A DNA stretch of 62,684 bases, filler included, from an uncultured Planctomycetaceae bacterium (GTDB taxonomy: Bacteria > Planctomycetota > Planctomycetia > Planctomycetales > Planctomycetaceae): the NCBI GenBank assembly GCA_963976765.1. It is 8 parts of 8 records of this genome, joined end to end, with 100 filler letters (N's around TTAATTAATTAA, not from the genome) between each part and the next. Parts side by side here need not be neighbours in the genome. Positions count along the whole stretch, not along the records: positions 44,440 to 50,889 come from CAXBME010000077.1; positions 50,990 to 56,975 come from CAXBME010000078.1; positions 57,076 to 62,684 come from CAXBME010000079.1; 5 more parts are not named here. One strand, 5' to 3'. A model generated the notes under the pieces. That model did no database searches. It saw only the letters and a program-made list of their open reading frames with translations, and had not been told where the DNA came from. The position numbers and the translations under genes were made by a program. Shown here piece after piece: positions 47,401 to 60,887 of this stretch (position 1 is its first letter; each line of letters begins with the position of its first letter).

Positions 47401-50400
47401 CGGAGAAGTCTCCTGCAGCGATACCGTTAATGACGAACCCCTGGTTGCCCAGCGGGCTCAATGGCAGCGTGCGGAAACTGAAAGCTTCCGTTGCGATGAA
47501 ATCGCCGACCTTCAGGGTGGCCGCGTTCTGCTGGAACACCTTGAAGACTTCGCTGCCGATTGTCTCGAAACCTGTGAGAATCCAGCCTGAACCACGATTC
47601 ACGGTCGCCATACTGTCGCCGGTAACGATCAGTGTGTTCGATGTGCCACTAACATTCAGAACTTCCAGTACAGACAGCGTCAGTGTGCTGTTCCCGGTCA
47701 GGTCGATCTGCTCGATCCCCGTCAACTGGTTGTCAGGGATCGACGACAGATCGAGTGTCTGGGCGTTGACGCCCAACCGGTCAAAACCATTTCCGCCGGC
47801 AACTCGCTGGAACTGGGTGTCGGCGATGTTCAACACATCGTCGCCCTCACCTCCCAGCAGCACATCGGCTCCGCCGTCTCCGTTGAGCGTGTCATCGCCT
47901 TGAGCACCGATCAGAATGTCGATGGCACCGGCACCCTGGTCCGCATTCAGCGTATTGGCAAATTCATCACCGACCTTCGTTTCGGCACCGCCAGTAAAGT
48001 TTCCACCAAAGAAGACGTAGGTCTCGCCGGCATCGATGTTTCCGTTGGGATCCGCGAGAAATGCGCCGATGATGAGATCGTCGAAGCCGTCACCGTTGAC
48101 GTCACCAGCACCGGATACCGACCTGCCGGTATTGTCCACATTGTCGATGCCATCGAGCCGGAACCCGGAGTTGCCGCCGAGCGTTGCCAGGTCAATTTGC
48201 GCTGCGAATCCACCCGACTTCCCAAACACCACGTAGCTCGTGCCGGAACGGCTGATTCCGTTGGCAATCGCGTAGGGTGCGCCGATGATGAGATCGTCGA
48301 ATCCGTCCCCGTTTACGTCGCCCGCACTCGACACCGAAAAGCCGGATAAATCGTTCCCGTCGACGCCATCGAGCCGGAATCCGGTCACGCCATCCAGTGA
48401 ATTCAGGTCAATTGTCGCTGCGAACCCGCCCGACTTCCCGAAAACCACGTAGCTCTCGCCGGCACGATTGCTCCCGCCAGGATCAGCGGCGTAGGCGCCG
48501 ATGATGAGGTCGTCGAAGCCGTCCCCGTTCACGTCGCCAGCACTCGAAACAGAGCTTCCGGATTTGTCGTCCTCGTCGATGCCATCGAGCCGGAAACCGG
48601 TGTTGCCGTCCAGCGTTGCCAGGTCAATAGCCGCTGCGAACCCGCCCGACTTGCCAAACACCACGTAGCTCTCACCTGCGCTGCTGTTCTCTCCTGAAAA
48701 TGCGCCGAATGCTCCGATGATAAGATCGTCGTAGCCGTCTCCGTTCACGTCGCCCGCAGTCGACACTGAAAAGCCGGAAAAATCGTTCCCGTCGATGCCA
48801 TCGAGTCGGAAGCCTGTCGTACCGTCCAGCGTGCTCAGGTCGATTACCGAGACGAACCCGCCCGACTTCCCAAACACGACGTAGCTCTCGCCGGCGCTGC
48901 TGTTCCCGTTGGGATCAGCGTTGTATGCGCCGATAATGAGATCGTCGAATCCGTCCCCGTTCACGTCGCCCGCACCGGATACTGATCTGCCGGTATTGTC
49001 CCCATTGTCGATACCTTCGAGTCGGAAACCGGAATTGCCGTCCAGCGAGCTCAGGTCAATCGCCGAGGCGAACCCGCCCGACTTCCCGAACACGACGTAG
49101 CTTGCACCCGTGTAATTGTTCCCGCTGGAATCCGCAGATCGCGCACCGATGATAAGATCGCTGAAGCCGTCTCCGTTGACGTCACCTGCGCTCGACACTG
49201 AGGCTCCCGCTTCGTCTCCGGCATCGACGCCATCAAGTCGGAAGCCTGTCGTACCGTTCAACGTCGCCAGGTCGATTGCCGCTGTGAATCCGCCTGACTT
49301 TCCAAACACCACGTAGCTTTCACCGGCGGAAATATTTCCGTCGGGGTCATCGCGAAACGCTCCGATGATAAGGTCGTCGAAGCCGTCCCCGTTCACGTCG
49401 CCCGCACTCGACACTGATCTGCCTGAGTAGTCGTTCGCGGCTGTTCCGTTAATGACGAACCCCTGGCTGCCCAGCGGGCTCAACGGCAGCGTGCGGAAAC
49501 TGAAAGTTTCAGTTGCGATGAAATCTCCGACCTTCAGGGTGGCCGCGTTCTGCTGAAACACCTTGAAGACTTCGCTGCCGATTGTCTCGAAACCTGTGAG
49601 AATCCAGCCTGAACCACGATTCACGGTCGCCATGCTGTTACCGGTGACGATCAGTGTATTGGAGGTGTCACTAAGATTCAGAACTTCGAGTGCGGTCAGC
49701 GTCAGCGTGCTACCCCCGGTCAGGTCGAGCTGCTCGATCCCGGTTAACTGGTTGTCAGGGATCAATGACAGATCGAGTGTCTGGGCGTTGACGCCCAACC
49801 GGTCAAATCCATTGCCGCCGGCAACTCGCTGGAAGTTGAGGTCGGCGATGTTCAGCACATCGTCACCTTCACCGCCCAGCAGCACGTCGGCTCCGCCGTC
49901 TCCGTTGAGTGTGTCATCGCCTTGAGCACCGATCAGAATGTCGATGGCACCGGCACCCTGATCGGCATTCAGTGTATTGGCAGTTCCATCGCCGACTTTT
50001 GTTTCGGCCCCTCCAGTAAAGTTTCCACCAAAGAACACGTAGCTCTCGCCTGCCCGACTGTTTCCGCCGGGATCAGCGAAGTCGGCGCCGATGATGAGGT
50101 CGTCGAAGCCGTCCCCGTTTACATCGCCCGCACTCGACACTGAGATGCCGGAGTAGTCGTCCTCGTCGATGCCATCGAGCCGGAAACCGGTGCTGCCGTT
50201 CAGCGTCGCCAGGTCGATTGCCGAGGCGAACCCACCTGACTTTCCAAACACCACGTAGCTCTCGCCGGCGTTAAGGTTTCCGCCTGGATTCGCGCCGTAT
50301 GCGCCGATAATGAGATCGTCGAAGCCGTCCCCGTTCACGTCGCCAGCCCTCGATACTGATCTGCCGGATAAGTCGTCCTCGTCGATGCCATCAAGTCGGA

Positions 50401-50889
50401 AGCCGGTGTTGCCGTCGAGCGTCGCCAGGTTAATCGCCGAGGCGAACCCGCCCGACTTCCCGAACACCACGTAGCTCTCGCCGGCCTCGCTGTTTCCGTT
50501 GGGACCAGCGAAGAATGCACCGATGACCAGGTCGTCGAATCCGTCCCCGTTCACGTCACCAGCACTCGACACTGAACCACCGGAACGATCACCCTCGTCA
50601 ATGCCATCAAGCCGGAAGCCAGTCGTGCCGTCGAGCGTCGCCAGGTCCATTGCCGAGGCGAACCCGCTCGACTTCCCGAACACCACGTAGCTCTCGCCGG
50701 CCTCGCTGTTTCCGTTGGGACCAGCGAAGAATGCACCGATGACCAGGTCGTCGAATCCGTCCCCGTTCACATCGCCCGCACTCGAAACTGAGTTGCCGGA
50801 GAAGTCGCGCTCGTCAATGCCATCAAGCCGGAAGCCAGTCGTGCCGTCGAGCGTCGCCAGGTTAATCGCCGAGGCGAACCCACCCGACT
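44440..50889 (-). CDS. Giant FG-GAP (integrin-alpha-like beta-propeller) repeat protein with RTX-like spacers; both ends in gaps
   Basis: Many SVSSAGDVNGDGFDDLIIGA...GESYVVFG repeats; GAQGDDTLNGDGGADVLLGGEGDD spacers. Confidence 0.92.
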
Positions 50890-50989
50890 NNNNNNNNNNN
50901 NNNNNNNNNNNNNNNNNNNNNNNNNNNNNNNNNTTAATTAATTAANNNNNNNNNNNNNNNNNNNNNNNNNNNNNNNNNNNNNNNNNNNN

Positions 50990-53900
50990 GGCGTCTGTGG
51001 GCGACCTGGATGGCGACGGCGTCGCCGATCTGGCCGTCGGAGCCTACAGCGATTCCACGTACGGTATTTATCGTGGTGCGGTGCATGTGCTGCTGCTGAA
51101 GAGCGACGGCACCGTGAAGTCTTCGACGAAGATCGCCAGCGATACCAACGGCGGACCGACGCTTGCGACTTTTGGTCGCTTCGGGAATTCGGTGGCGTCT
51201 GTGGGCGACCTGGATGGCGACGGCGTCGCCGATCTGGCCGTCGGAGCCGGAGGCTATTTCGGCGGTTCTTCTCCTGGTGCGGTGCATGTGCTGCTGCTGA
51301 ACAGCGACGGCACCGTGAAGTCGTCGACGAAGATTGCCAGCGGAACCAGCGGCGGGCCGACGCTCGCGGACCGTGACCGTTTCGGTAGTTCGGTGGCGGC
51401 TGTGGGCGACCTGGATGGCGACGGAATCACTGATCTGGCAGTCGGTGCCATTCGCGATTCCACGGGCGGTACTTATCGTGGTGCGGTGCATGTGCTGTTT
51501 CTGTCGCCGCTGCTGGACTTTGGGGATGCCCCGGACACGGAAGCGGGAACCGGGCCGGGCAACTACCGGACAAAGATGGACGACAACGGCCCCAGCCACG
51601 TCATTGTGCCGGGGCTGCATCTGGGAAACTCGGTTATCGGTGACTTCGGCACTGCTCAAAACGCGACAGCTATGGCGGATGATGTCCACGGCGGTGACCC
51701 GACCGTCCACGGCGGCGCTGATGACGAGGATGGCGTGCTGAATCCTCTGGACCTGCAGGGGACCGAAGGGGCCGCTCCGACAATCACGCTGCTGGCGACC
51801 AACACGACCGGCATAGACGCGACGCTGTATGGCTGGATTGATTTCAACCATAGCGGCGCATTCGCCAACAGCAATCCCGTGGAACGGGCGTCGATCATCG
51901 TGCCAGCCGGCACCGTTGATGGGCGGTTCACGCTGACATTCCCCGTTCTTCCCGCTGGCTCGGCAGGCACGACCTACGCGAGATTCCGGCTGAGTACGGA
52001 CACAGCAGCAGCAAACTCAACCGGCGCGGCGGACGACGGGGAAGTCGAGGATTACGTCTTCACGATCACCGCCCCCGGCAGCGGCACGGTCGACCACTTC
52101 CTGAAAATCGCCAGCGACACCAACGGCGGGCCGACGCTCGCGGATGGTGACCGTTTCGGGAGTTCGGTGGCGAACATCGGGGACCTGAACGGTGACGGCG
52201 TGGACGATCTGGCTGTCGGGGCGTCACTCGATGACACGGGCGGCGACAACCGGGGAGCCGTGCATGTACTGTTCATGAACGCCGACGGCACCGTGGCCAG
52301 TTCAACAAAGATCGGCGATGGCACAGGCGGCGGTCCAAATCTGGGTGGTGGGGACTATTTCGGCAGCGCTGTGGCCGCAGTGGGCGACCTGGATGGTGAT
52401 GGAGTGACAGAACTGGCCGTGGGAGCCAGTGGTGACAACATCGACGGTTCCGATCGCGGTGCGGTCTACATTCTGTTCCTGAACACGGACGGCACGGCCA
52501 AAAGCTTCACGCTGATCGCCAACAACAGGGGCGGCGGCCCGGGGCTGACGAACTTCGACCGGTTCGGCACGTCCGTCGCGTCAATCGGTGATTTTGATGG
52601 GGACGGCGTCGCCGATCTGGCTGTCGGAGCCAGAGGCAATGACACGGGCGGCTCTGGTCGTGGTGCGGTGTATGTGCTGCTGCTGAACGCTGACGGGACG
52701 GTCAAAAGCCATCAGAAAATCGCCGACGGAGTAGGCGGACTCGTCGCCGACACACTGGAGGACAGTGACTTCTTTGGCTTCTCGGTGACGAGTGTCGGAG
52801 ACCTGAATGGGGACGGCGTACCCGACCTGGCTGTTGGAGCAAGCGAAGATGAGAACGACAGCGCTGGCGATGCGAGCGAAGGCGCGGTGTATGTGTTGCT
52901 GATGAATGCCGACGGCACGGTACTGAGTCAGCAGAAGATCACTGACGGCAATCCTGGCGGACTGATTGATGGCACGCTGGGTGCCAGTGACGACTTTGGT
53001 TCGTCGGTCACAGGCGTAGGCGATCTCGACGGCGACGGTGTCCCCGACCTGGTGGTTGGAGCCCAGGATGACGAGAACGGCGATACGAACGAAGGTGCGA
53101 TTTATGTCCTGCTGCTGAATCCCGACGGCACGGTCAAGCAGCAGCAGAAGATCAGCGACGGCAATCCCGGAGGGCTCACCAACGGCATTCTGAGTAGCAG
53201 TGACGACTTTGGCACGTCGGTGTCCGCCATCGGCGACCTCAATAACGACGGGATCATCGACCTCGCGGTCGGTGCCAAAGACAACAACACCGGAGGCCCC
53301 GATCGCGGTGCCCTGTATGTGGTATTCCTGTCACCAGCTTTGGACTTTGGAGATGCACCCGACGCTGGAGCGGGAACCGGTGGTGGCAATTATCAGACCA
53401 CTGACGCTGACAACGGACCCAGCCACGTCGTGGTGTCTGGTTTGCACCTGGGAGCTTCGGTCGATGGGTTCGGCGAGGGGACCTTCCAGAACGATCGCGC
53501 CAACGCAGACGATCAATTCTTCTCGGGTGGCAGTGACGACGAAGACGGCGTGCTGAATCCGCTGGACCTGCAGGGCACCGAAGGCGCGGCTCCCACAATC
53601 ACGCTGCTGGCGACCAACACGACCGGCACAGACGCCACGCTTTACGGCTGGATTGATTTCAACCAGGACGGCGACTTCGCAGAGTCCGAACGGGCGATGA
53701 TTAGTGTGTCCGACGGAATCGCGGACGAACGAGTCACTCTGACGTTCCCGAGCATTCCAGCCGGCGCAGCCGGGACGACCTACGCGAGATTCCGGCTGAG
53801 TACGGACACGGCGGCGGAGAACTCAATCGGCGCGGCGGACGACGGGGAAGTCGAGGATTACGTCTTCACCATCACCGCGCCGGGCAGCGGCACGGTCGAC

Positions 53901-56819
53901 CACTTCCTGAAAATCGCCCACGAAACGAACGGCGGACCCACACTCGCCAATTATGACTATTTTGGCAGTGCCGTCGCACATCTGGGAGATCTTGACGGTG
54001 ACGGAATCGACGATATCGCTGTTGGAATTCCAACGGGCGGCGGAGAATCCCGCAATGGCCGTGTGCAGACATTGTTTCTGAATTCTGATGGCAGCGTCAG
54101 GGATTCGGTCACGATCGGCAGTAACATCAACGGTGGCCCTGTACAGTCAATGACTCCGGAGTACTTCGGTAGCGCGGTGGCCAGCATTGGCGATCTCGAT
54201 GGCGACGGAATTGTCGATCTGGCAGTCGGTTCTCCGGATGAATCCACCGCCGGCGACCGTCGCGGCGCCGTTCACCTGCTCTACCTGAATGCCGACGGCA
54301 CCGTCAGAGATTCAACGAAGATCGCCCACCAGTTGAATGGCGGACCCACGCTCGCGGATATTGATCGCTTCGGGGCCTCCCTGACGGGCATTGGCGATCT
54401 GAATGGTGACGGGATTTCTGACCTCGTTGTTGGTACCAGAAGCGACTCTGTCCATGTCCTGCTCTTGAATTCCAACGGGACCGTCAGTAGCTCCAAAAGA
54501 ATTGCCAGTGGCGTGAATGGCGGTCCCGCGTTTGCGGACGGCGATGGCTTTGGTGTCGCGGTGACTGAAACCGGTGACATCGACGGTGATGGAATTGTTG
54601 ACCTGGCTGTGTCGGCGTTAAGCGACGACACCGGCGGAACTGATCGGGGAGCCGTCCATATTCTGTTCCTTGACTCTGATGGAACAGTGAAGAGTTCGAC
54701 GAAGATCGCACACGAACTCAATGGTGGACCATCACTGCAGGATCGCGATAAGTTCGGGACGGCATTGGCGGGCGTGGGCGATCTGGACGGAGACGGCATC
54801 AACGATCTCGCCGTCGGAGTGACTGACTCAGTCAACCAGTATTCCGGACATGTGCGTATTCTGTTCTTGAATTCAGACGGAACCGTCAAACGCTCCGCAA
54901 AAATCGACGGAAATACGAATGGCGGACCACCGATAAACGGCAATGAATATTTCGGACGAGCCCTGACGAGCGTGGGCGATCTGGACGGTGACGGAGTGGT
55001 CGATCTCGCCGTCGGTGCACCAGGCGATGGCACGGGCGGCAGCTATCGTGGTGCCGTGCACGTGCTGTTTCTCGCCCAGACTCCGACTGTAACGATATCA
55101 CTGGATGACTCGTCACTGATCGTGGATGAGACGGCGACGGTCACGTTTACATTCAGTGAAGCTCCGGTCGGATTCGCAGCAGACGACGTGACGGTTGAAA
55201 ACGGAACGCTGTCGGTCGTCGCCGCCACTGGCAATCCACTGGTGTTTACGGCCACGCTAACTCCGACGGCGGACGTGGAAGACGACACGAACGTGATCAG
55301 TGTGGGAACGGGCTACACCAATGCAGTCGGCATCACGGGGACGGCGGGTGTCTCGGCGAATTACACGATCGAGACGCTGGCTCCCACAGTGGCAGTTTCG
55401 CTGGATGATTCGTCGTTAAGGATTGGGGAGACATCAACAGTCACCTTCACGTTCAGCGAAGTTCCGGTCGGCTTTGCCGTGGACGATGCGACAGTCCAGA
55501 ACGGAGCGTTGTCCGCGTTCGCAGCGACAGGCGATCCGCTGGTGTTCACCGCAACGTTCACTCCGATAGCGGATACCGAAGACGCGACAAACGTGATCAG
55601 CGTCGGAACCGGCTACACCGATGTGGTCGGCAACACGGGGACGGCGGGTGTCTCGGCGAATTACGCGATCGACACGCGAAACCCGACTGTGGTGATCACT
55701 CCGGACGGGACGACGACGAGTGATTCGCCGATTGTGTTCACATTTCAGTTCAGCGAAGCCGTCAGCGGGTTTGCGTCGGGAGGCATCAGCATCACAAACG
55801 GTTCGGCGGGAGTGTTCACACCAGTCGATGGTGACACGTTTACGCTGGAAGTGACTCCGAATTCGCTGGGAACAGTGACAGTCAGTGTGTTGGCAGCAGT
55901 CGCTCAGGACGCCGCCGGGAATGACAACACTCCAGCCAGTGCCTCGGTGACGAGTACCGCCGCCGGCGAGGTGGCACTACCAGGCGACGGCACTTACGAA
56001 GTCCTGATCAACGGTGGTGACCTGGTCGTTCGAATTGCTGGTGGGGCGGAACAGTTCCGACGTTCGGTCGATTTCGTAAGCGTGCTTGAAATTATGGGTT
56101 CAGCCGGTGCCGACCTGATCACGATTCTCAACAGCGGCGGAACGGTGGCGACTCCGATCCTGTTCACCGGCGGACAGGGGGCCGACCTGTTCGACGGGAC
56201 ACTGGCGACCGGATCAACAACGCTGCTCGGCGGAAGCGGCAACGACACTCTGCTGGGCGGAACAAACGACGACTTCATCATTGGTGGTACCGGCAACGAC
56301 ATGATCGCTGGCGGCAATGGCGATGATCGCATCGAGGGACGCAGTGGCAACGACACACTGACTGGCGGAGACGGTAACGACACGCTTCGAGGTGGCAGCG
56401 GTCGGGATATGATTGAAGGCGGTGGCGATTCCGACCAACTGTCAGGTGCGGGCGGTCCGGACACAATAACTGGTGGCGACGGTGACGACCTGCTGCGAGG
56501 TGGCGCCGGTCAGGATCTGATTGACGGTAATGACGGCGCGGACACTCTCAATGGCGGAGGAGGAGCTGACAACCTCGCTGGCGGCCTGGGCAACGACACT
56601 CTCAATGGAATCTTCCGCGACGACGATTTCAATCAACTCGTCGGCCGAGATACGCTGATCGGCGGCAATCGTCCCTCGGCACGCCCAGCACCGATCCAGG
56701 CATCACCTGAAACTGAGAACGAACTGGCCATTCAATTCTTCACGACTCCACAGCTCGATAAAGAAAACATCGACGCGCTCTTTGAAGGACCACTGCTGCC
56801 GGAATTGCTGGAACTCTGA
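50990..56819 (+). CDS. FG-GAP + GEVED + Ig-like + RTX Ca-binding surface protein, 5'-truncated
   Basis: GDLDGDG..DLAVGA repeats, DFGDAPD...ARFRLS...GEVEDY twice, VTFTFSE Ig-like repeats, GGxGxD nonapeptides. Confidence 0.92.
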
Positions 56820-57075
56820 TCCAGCCGTCACCGAAGTCACTTCGGTCGTCGAATTGGTGTCATTACAGATTGCGGCTCCACTACTGACTGTCGTCACATT
56901 TCGCGGCATCGGTCGACACCTGATCTGCTCCCTGAATCCTGGTCCGTTTTCGATGTTAGAATTCTGGTGAAAATCNNNNNNNNNNNNNNNNNNNNNNNNN
57001 NNNNNNNNNNNNNNNNNNNTTAATTAATTAANNNNNNNNNNNNNNNNNNNNNNNNNNNNNNNNNNNNNNNNNNNN

Positions 57076-57129
57076 GTGGTTGGTGGTTGGTGGTTGGTGG
57101 TTGGTGGTTGGTGGTTGGTGGTTGGTGGT
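57076..57129. repeat. (TGGTTGG)n heptamer tandem repeat at a contig edge
   Basis: Direct reading of the sequence. Confidence 0.9.
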
Positions 57130-57398
57130 TTTAAGTCGTCTCTAAGAGGCTCGCAAGCGCGTCTGCCGATTCGTCGGTCTCTGTCACGGCACGCTCCTTC
57201 TCGCGGGGAATTTCCCCTGTCGCTCCAGGCAGTCGTTCTGTCAGGATATTTCAACGACCGACGGTCGTCCGACGCACGTACGACAGGCGGTGTTTCACGC
57301 TGCGAGGCAGGTCTGCCCCCGCCGATTTCGTAGCGAATATGAATCTCCCCCGTGCCCAGGTTTAAGCAGGAAGATACCCGCTGGACGGGGCAGCATTA

Positions 57399-59696
57399 CT
57401 AACCCGCCGAAGCTTCCTCGGTGAAGACGTGGCCGCCCTGGACCAGGCGGCGAGTCATGAAAACTTCTCCGATGAGAATCGCGACAAACGCCAGCAGCAG
57501 CAGGTGCCAGAGTTCGATACGTGCGGCACTGGTTTCGAGGGACTCGAACAATTCTTCCGGCGTTTCGATGCGGTGCAGTCGGTCTTCGTCGGTTAGTTCT
57601 GCCCATTGCTCGTCAGTGAGTGGCGCGAGTTCTGACTCAGTCCGGTCGAAGTTGACGACGAAAAATTCGTCGGCCGCCGGGTTTGCGTTCTCACCGACCG
57701 GTGGATGTTTTCGCAATCGATAGGTTCCTGGCAGGTGAGTTTGATCAAGTCGGACCATTGGACGCAGCTCATCGCCGGCTGCCAGGGCTTCGAGTTCTTT
57801 GCCTTCCGGACTCATGAAAACCCAGTCGTCCAGAACTTCTTCCTGAGCAATCGGAAACAGCAGCGGTGATCCGACATCGACGTTACGGGTGACTCGACCG
57901 GAGGCAAGCTGAAAGATCCACTCATGCAGAAACGCGACGTAGTCGGGGCGAGCAGGCAGCGTTGTCCAGTCGGCATCCAGTGTCGATGTCATCATCGCAA
58001 CGCGTCCTCGTCCAAACGGTCGAGCAAGCATAAACGCATCGCCGTTGGAATAGCTGCCAATGGTCGAGGCGATGGGTCGGTCGATGGCGTTCGAGGATTC
58101 TTCTTTGCCGCTTTCATTGGCTGCGTCCGTTGCCGCTGGAGCGTCGTCAGCGGCGGGCAATTCCGGTCGTAGCGTCGTCGAGTACCATCGCGTGAATCGG
58201 GCATCGAGAAGTCCATCGTCGCCGCCGGTCTGAAACTGACTGATCCACGGAAGCTGCAGGCTTTCACTGAGGATGGTGATCGGGGCCTCTTCCATTCCGG
58301 CAGGCGCCGATTCGATACCTGACAGCCATGCCGGCAACAATCCACGACCGCCTTCGAAAAGGCGTGCGTTGTACCAGGGCTGATCGATCTGGTCTCCCAG
58401 CGAGATTCCCAGTCCCCCGCCGCTGTCGACAAATTCCTTGATCGTGTCGAGTTGCTGATCAGTCAGTCTCGGGACGTTGGCCAGAATGATGACCTGCGCA
58501 TCACCGATGCTGGCGTGCGAAAAAGTTGAAGAACGAACGGTGCGGGCTTTAATCCACGGGGTCGGATTTGCGACGGCGGAAAGGGCGCTCTTTGCAAAGA
58601 ACACTTCTGACCGTGCCGGATCGGGACTGCTGCTCCCATCGACGAGCAGAATCGGCAGCGCCTCCGTGATTTCGATGGCGGCTTCAGATCGGTCGTCACC
58701 CGGCAGACTGTCTTCGTCGATCGACACGGCCAGCACGTGTGACCCCGGCGTTCGAAAGCGATGCTCGAACTCCACCGTAGCCTGGCCGTCCGGTTCGACT
58801 CGGACGGAAATCGTCTTGTCAGCCAGTCGTTGCCCGTCGGCTTCCAGATAGACCTTTCGATTCGACGCGGCCGTCGCCCCCGAGTTCTTCAGCCGGGTTC
58901 GAACGCGGATCGGAAAATCGACGACGGTCAACTCACGCGACAACTGAAGTCGATCGACCGCGTCGTTGTTCTGGCGGGCCTGCTGCTTCTGTGTGCCGAC
59001 GACCCAGATGTCTGCCGGGACCGTCGATTGTTCCCGCAACTCTTTAAGTTGCAGCCAGAGATGCTCGTCCGCGTCCCGCCACGGATGAGACTGCCCGTCC
59101 GTCACGACGACAACGTGACGTGAAACGTTGGTTCCCGCATTGACCATCTGCAGACCCCGCAGAATTCCGTCGTTCAGTCGGGACGATCCGGACGGCTTCG
59201 ACAGATCGTCGAGCGCTTCCCGGATCAGATTCCGATCACGCGTCAGTGATGGAACTCTTGCGTCGACCATTTCGCGAGCGTCGATCAGGCCGACGGTTTC
59301 TCCTGGTCCAAGCTGGTCGACAAGAGTTTTCGCCCAACTGACAGCCTGCTCCCGTGGAGTCTGCGCTTTGGCATTCCAGTCGGTGCTGTACGAACTGTCG
59401 ATCACGATGGCGATGTCGCACGCCGGTTTTGAGGCAAATGTGCCGGCAAGCCCGCCGGACATCCACGGTCGGGACAGAGCGATGGCAATCAGAGCGATCA
59501 TGCCCATGCGAAGCGCCAGCAGAAGCAGTTCTTCGAGCCTGATCCGCCGTCGAGCGTTGCGACCAATTTCGAGGAACTGCATCGCTCCCCAGTCGACGGT
59601 GTCGTACTTTCGCCGACTCAGCAGGTGCGCGAGCACCGGCAGCGAGACTCCCGCCAGCCCGGCCAGCATCCACGGATTGATAAAGTCGAACGACAT
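57399..59696 (-). CDS. BatA-domain / vWA membrane protein
   Basis: N-terminal F.NPW.L.GL....LPVLAHLL..R, DSSYS MIDAS-like motif, VTDGQ, C-terminal TM segment. Confidence 0.88.
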   Translation of the reverse strand: MSFDFINPWMLAGLAGVSLPVLAHLLSRRKYDTVDWGAMQFLEIGRNARRRIRLEELLLLALRMGMIALIAIALSRPWMSGGLAGTFASKPACDIAIVIDSSYSTDWNAKAQTPREQAVSWAKTLVDQLGPGETVGLIDAREMVDARVPSLTRDRNLIREALDDLSKPSGSSRLNDGILRGLQMVNAGTNVSRHVVVVTDGQSHPWRDADEHLWLQLKELREQSTVPADIWVVGTQKQQARQNNDAVDRLQLSRELTVVDFPIRVRTRLKNSGATAASNRKVYLEADGQRLADKTISVRVEPDGQATVEFEHRFRTPGSHVLAVSIDEDSLPGDDRSEAAIEITEALPILLVDGSSSPDPARSEVFFAKSALSAVANPTPWIKARTVRSSTFSHASIGDAQVIILANVPRLTDQQLDTIKEFVDSGGGLGISLGDQIDQPWYNARLFEGGRGLLPAWLSGIESAPAGMEEAPITILSESLQLPWISQFQTGGDDGLLDARFTRWYSTTLRPELPAADDAPAATDAANESGKEESSNAIDRPIASTIGSYSNGDAFMLARPFGRGRVAMMTSTLDADWTTLPARPDYVAFLHEWIFQLASGRVTRNVDVGSPLLFPIAQEEVLDDWVFMSPEGKELEALAAGDELRPMVRLDQTHLPGTYRLRKHPPVGENANPAADEFFVVNFDRTESELAPLTDEQWAELTDEDRLHRIETPEELFESLETSAARIELWHLLLLAFVAILIGEVFMTRRLVQGGHVFTEEASAG

Positions 59697-59727
59697 GTTG
59701 GTCTTAAAACTGGTCCGTTGAACAACG

Positions 59728-59806
59728 GTATGCCACTGGCTCTGTCAGCGCCAAACCGGGATCAGGATCGGTGGAAAATTTCGCACTGGCAGAGCCAGTG
59801 GTACAC
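59728..59806. repeat. Intergenic palindrome (REP-like)
   Basis: TGCCACTGGCTCTGTCAG...CTGGCAGAGCCAGTGGTA. Confidence 0.7.
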
Positions 59807-59897
59807 GAATCAAGAGACATGAAATGCCGTCGCTGTGCTTGTCATACCCTACAGCCAGCGGAAGATTGGCGAACGGTAAGAACCGGCCAGCATAACG

Positions 59898-60887
59898 TCA
59901 TTCAACCTTCGGGGGGCGGCACATCAGCGAGTTGGTGGCGGCTTCCGGGTTCTTGTTTTCGAACAGGACCTCGAACACCTCGCGCGTGATGGGCATGTCG
60001 ATGTTGTATTTTTCGGCGAGCTGCTGAACGCTTCGAGTTGTCCGCACACCTTCCGCGACGGCGGACATGCTGCCGAGGATCTGGTCCAGCGTTTCTCCCT
60101 GGCCAAGGCGCTCGCCGACGTGGCGGTTGCGACTGAAACCGCTGACGCAGGTTGTGATCAGGTCGCCAATACCAGCCAGACCGAACAACGTGTTCGGGTC
60201 TGCTCCGAAGGCTGCACCGAAGCGAGTCATCTCGACCAGGCCGCGAGTCATCAATGCTGACTTGGCGTTGTCACCGAACCCGAGTCCGTCGCAGATTCCG
60301 ACGGCGATAGCCAGTACGTTCTTCAGAGCGCCGCCGAGTTCTACGCCAATGACATCTTCGTTGGTGTAAACGCGAAAGCGATCGGTCGAGAACACTTCCT
60401 GGACCAGCACAGCCAGACTGTGGTCAGCTGACGCCGCGACGACGCTGGCCGGCAGTCGACGCGCGATTTCTTCAGCATGACTCGGCCCCGCCAGAACGAC
60501 GACACGATCGTTACCGAGTACTTCGGTGATGATTTCGCTGGGGCGAAGCAAAGTTTCGTTTTCGATGCCCTTCAGCACGCTGACGATCGGAACCGGCGCG
60601 GTTAAGGCGTCGCGATGTTCGGTCAAAGCGTCTCGCAGAAAAGCCGTTGGAACCGACACGACGATTATATCTGTGTCGGCAACGGCGGCGGCGATGTCAG
60701 ACGTGACAGTGACAGAGTCCGGCAGCGCGATGCCGGGCAGCAGTCGTTTGTTCTCGCGCTGCTGCTGCATCTGTGTGGCGTAATCCGGATTTCTCGCCCA
60801 GATCGAAACACAATGTGCGGGTTGTTCGGCCAGGAGAACCGAGCAGGCTGTCGCCATTGCTCCACCGCCAAGAATGGTGATCTTCAT
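59898..60887 (-). CDS. gpsA: NAD(P)H-dependent glycerol-3-phosphate dehydrogenase
   Basis: GPSHAEE, GVELGGALKNVLAIA, GDNAKSAL, GLAGIGDLITTC, SRN, VAEG. Confidence 0.96.
   Translation of the reverse strand: MKITILGGGAMATACSVLLAEQPAHCVSIWARNPDYATQMQQQRENKRLLPGIALPDSVTVTSDIAAAVADTDIIVVSVPTAFLRDALTEHRDALTAPVPIVSVLKGIENETLLRPSEIITEVLGNDRVVVLAGPSHAEEIARRLPASVVAASADHSLAVLVQEVFSTDRFRVYTNEDVIGVELGGALKNVLAIAVGICDGLGFGDNAKSALMTRGLVEMTRFGAAFGADPNTLFGLAGIGDLITTCVSGFSRNRHVGERLGQGETLDQILGSMSAVAEGVRTTRSVQQLAEKYNIDMPITREVFEVLFENKNPEAATNSLMCRPPKVE

Noticed and set aside
9682..57075. Recurring TTAATTAATTAA motif within N-runs, and ORFs ending in XXX-LIN
   Set aside because: Artificial all-frame-stop linker. 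Contig lengths fall steadily (9492, 8395, 8245, 8126, 6450, 5986), which indicates size-sorted concatenation.
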